Of a stretch of 64,000 bases of DNA, positions 63,934 to 64,000 are shown one piece after another (the first letter of the stretch is position 1; each line of letters opens with the position of its first letter). Below the pieces are notes generated by a model that ran no database searches, was not told where the DNA came from, and saw only the letters and a program-made list of their open reading frames with translations. A program made the position numbers and the translations under genes. Source of the DNA: a virus (lineage: Duplodnaviria; Heunggongvirae; Uroviricota; Caudoviricetes); IMG/VR virus record IMGVR_UViG_3300044655_003531, positions 1-64,000 of that record; one strand, written 5' to 3'.

Positions 63934-64000
63934 GAAAATAGCATTCTTTGAGATTGTTTCAAGTTCAAAGTCCTGGTAGTTTTCAGTGTTCCATTTCTTA

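Noticed and set aside
1-64000. CRISPR array or cas genes
   Set aside because: No regularly spaced direct repeats with unique spacers were seen. The repeats present are gene-boundary elements of varying spacing, and no Cas-like proteins were recognised.
1-64000. Integrase, transposase or IS elements
   Set aside because: No tyrosine or serine recombinase, DDE transposase motifs or terminal inverted repeats were recognised. The mobile content appears limited to homing endonucleases (GIY-YIG and HNH).

Overview
AT-rich, densely packed, almost entirely minus-strand gene array that reads as a large (jumbo-type) bacteriophage or phage-derived region. The host looks Bacteroidetes-like: several genes carry TAnnTTTG -7 promoter motifs, there is no Shine-Dalgarno usage, and the tmRNA tag begins GEN... 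and ends ...ALAA.

Recognisable content:
- T4-like nucleotide/RNA toolkit. A thymidylate synthase is split into N- and C-terminal parts by an intervening HNH endonuclease ORF, with a free-standing GIY-YIG endonuclease next door. A T4 Pnk homolog is split into separate phosphatase and kinase genes in permuted order. There are two ATP-dependent RNA ligases (one clearly Rnl1-like, one Rnl5/DraRnl-like), a class I SAM methyltransferase broken by a frameshift, a second HNH endonuclease, two metallophosphoesterases and a thioredoxin.
- RNA genes. An atypically long tRNA gene plus a degenerate tRNA-like copy, and a full tmRNA (ssrA) followed by a textbook rho-independent terminator.
- A ~12 kb glycan-modification cluster (DegT aminotransferase, two paralogous GT2 glycosyltransferases, FkbM and CmcI-type methyltransferases, GNAT, cupin, a three-member unknown paralog family) flanked by a secreted non-specific nuclease. 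A GT25 glycosyltransferase and a GH19-type hydrolase lie elsewhere.
- Auxiliary metabolic genes: eukaryote-type glutamine synthetase II and ribose-5-phosphate isomerase B.
- An SPFH/band-7 protein with a small membrane partner.
- A ClpA/B-family AAA+ ATPase lacking the N-domain and carrying a PKP-repeat plus acidic tail, a hyper-acidic protein, an RHH protein and a RimK-like ATP-grasp fusion.

Most remaining ORFs are small hypotheticals typical of phage accessory regions. Striking nucleotide-level repeats mark gene boundaries:
- a tandem paralog family (MNTPVSFEIAKLLKEKG...PTEAYEAAIEYTLNNLI) with evidence of cassette shuffling;
- a recurrent TTTAACACCAAATA element in front of five small genes;
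- a CCTAAACCAAACTAAACC intergenic spacer plus conserved ATGAAACTATACACAAAAGA gene starts.

No CRISPR array, integrase or transposase was recognised. GC content is mosaic: very AT-rich blocks alternate with moderate-GC blocks.

The most promising candidate for a previously undescribed system is the operon at 16.5-20.6 kb: ligase, methyltransferase (frameshifted), three unknown genes, split Pnk phosphatase, split Pnk kinase. It looks like a disaggregated Pnkp/Hen1-like RNA-repair (anti-anticodon-nuclease) module. A second ligase/ATP-grasp/HAD module sits at 29.9-32.4 kb.
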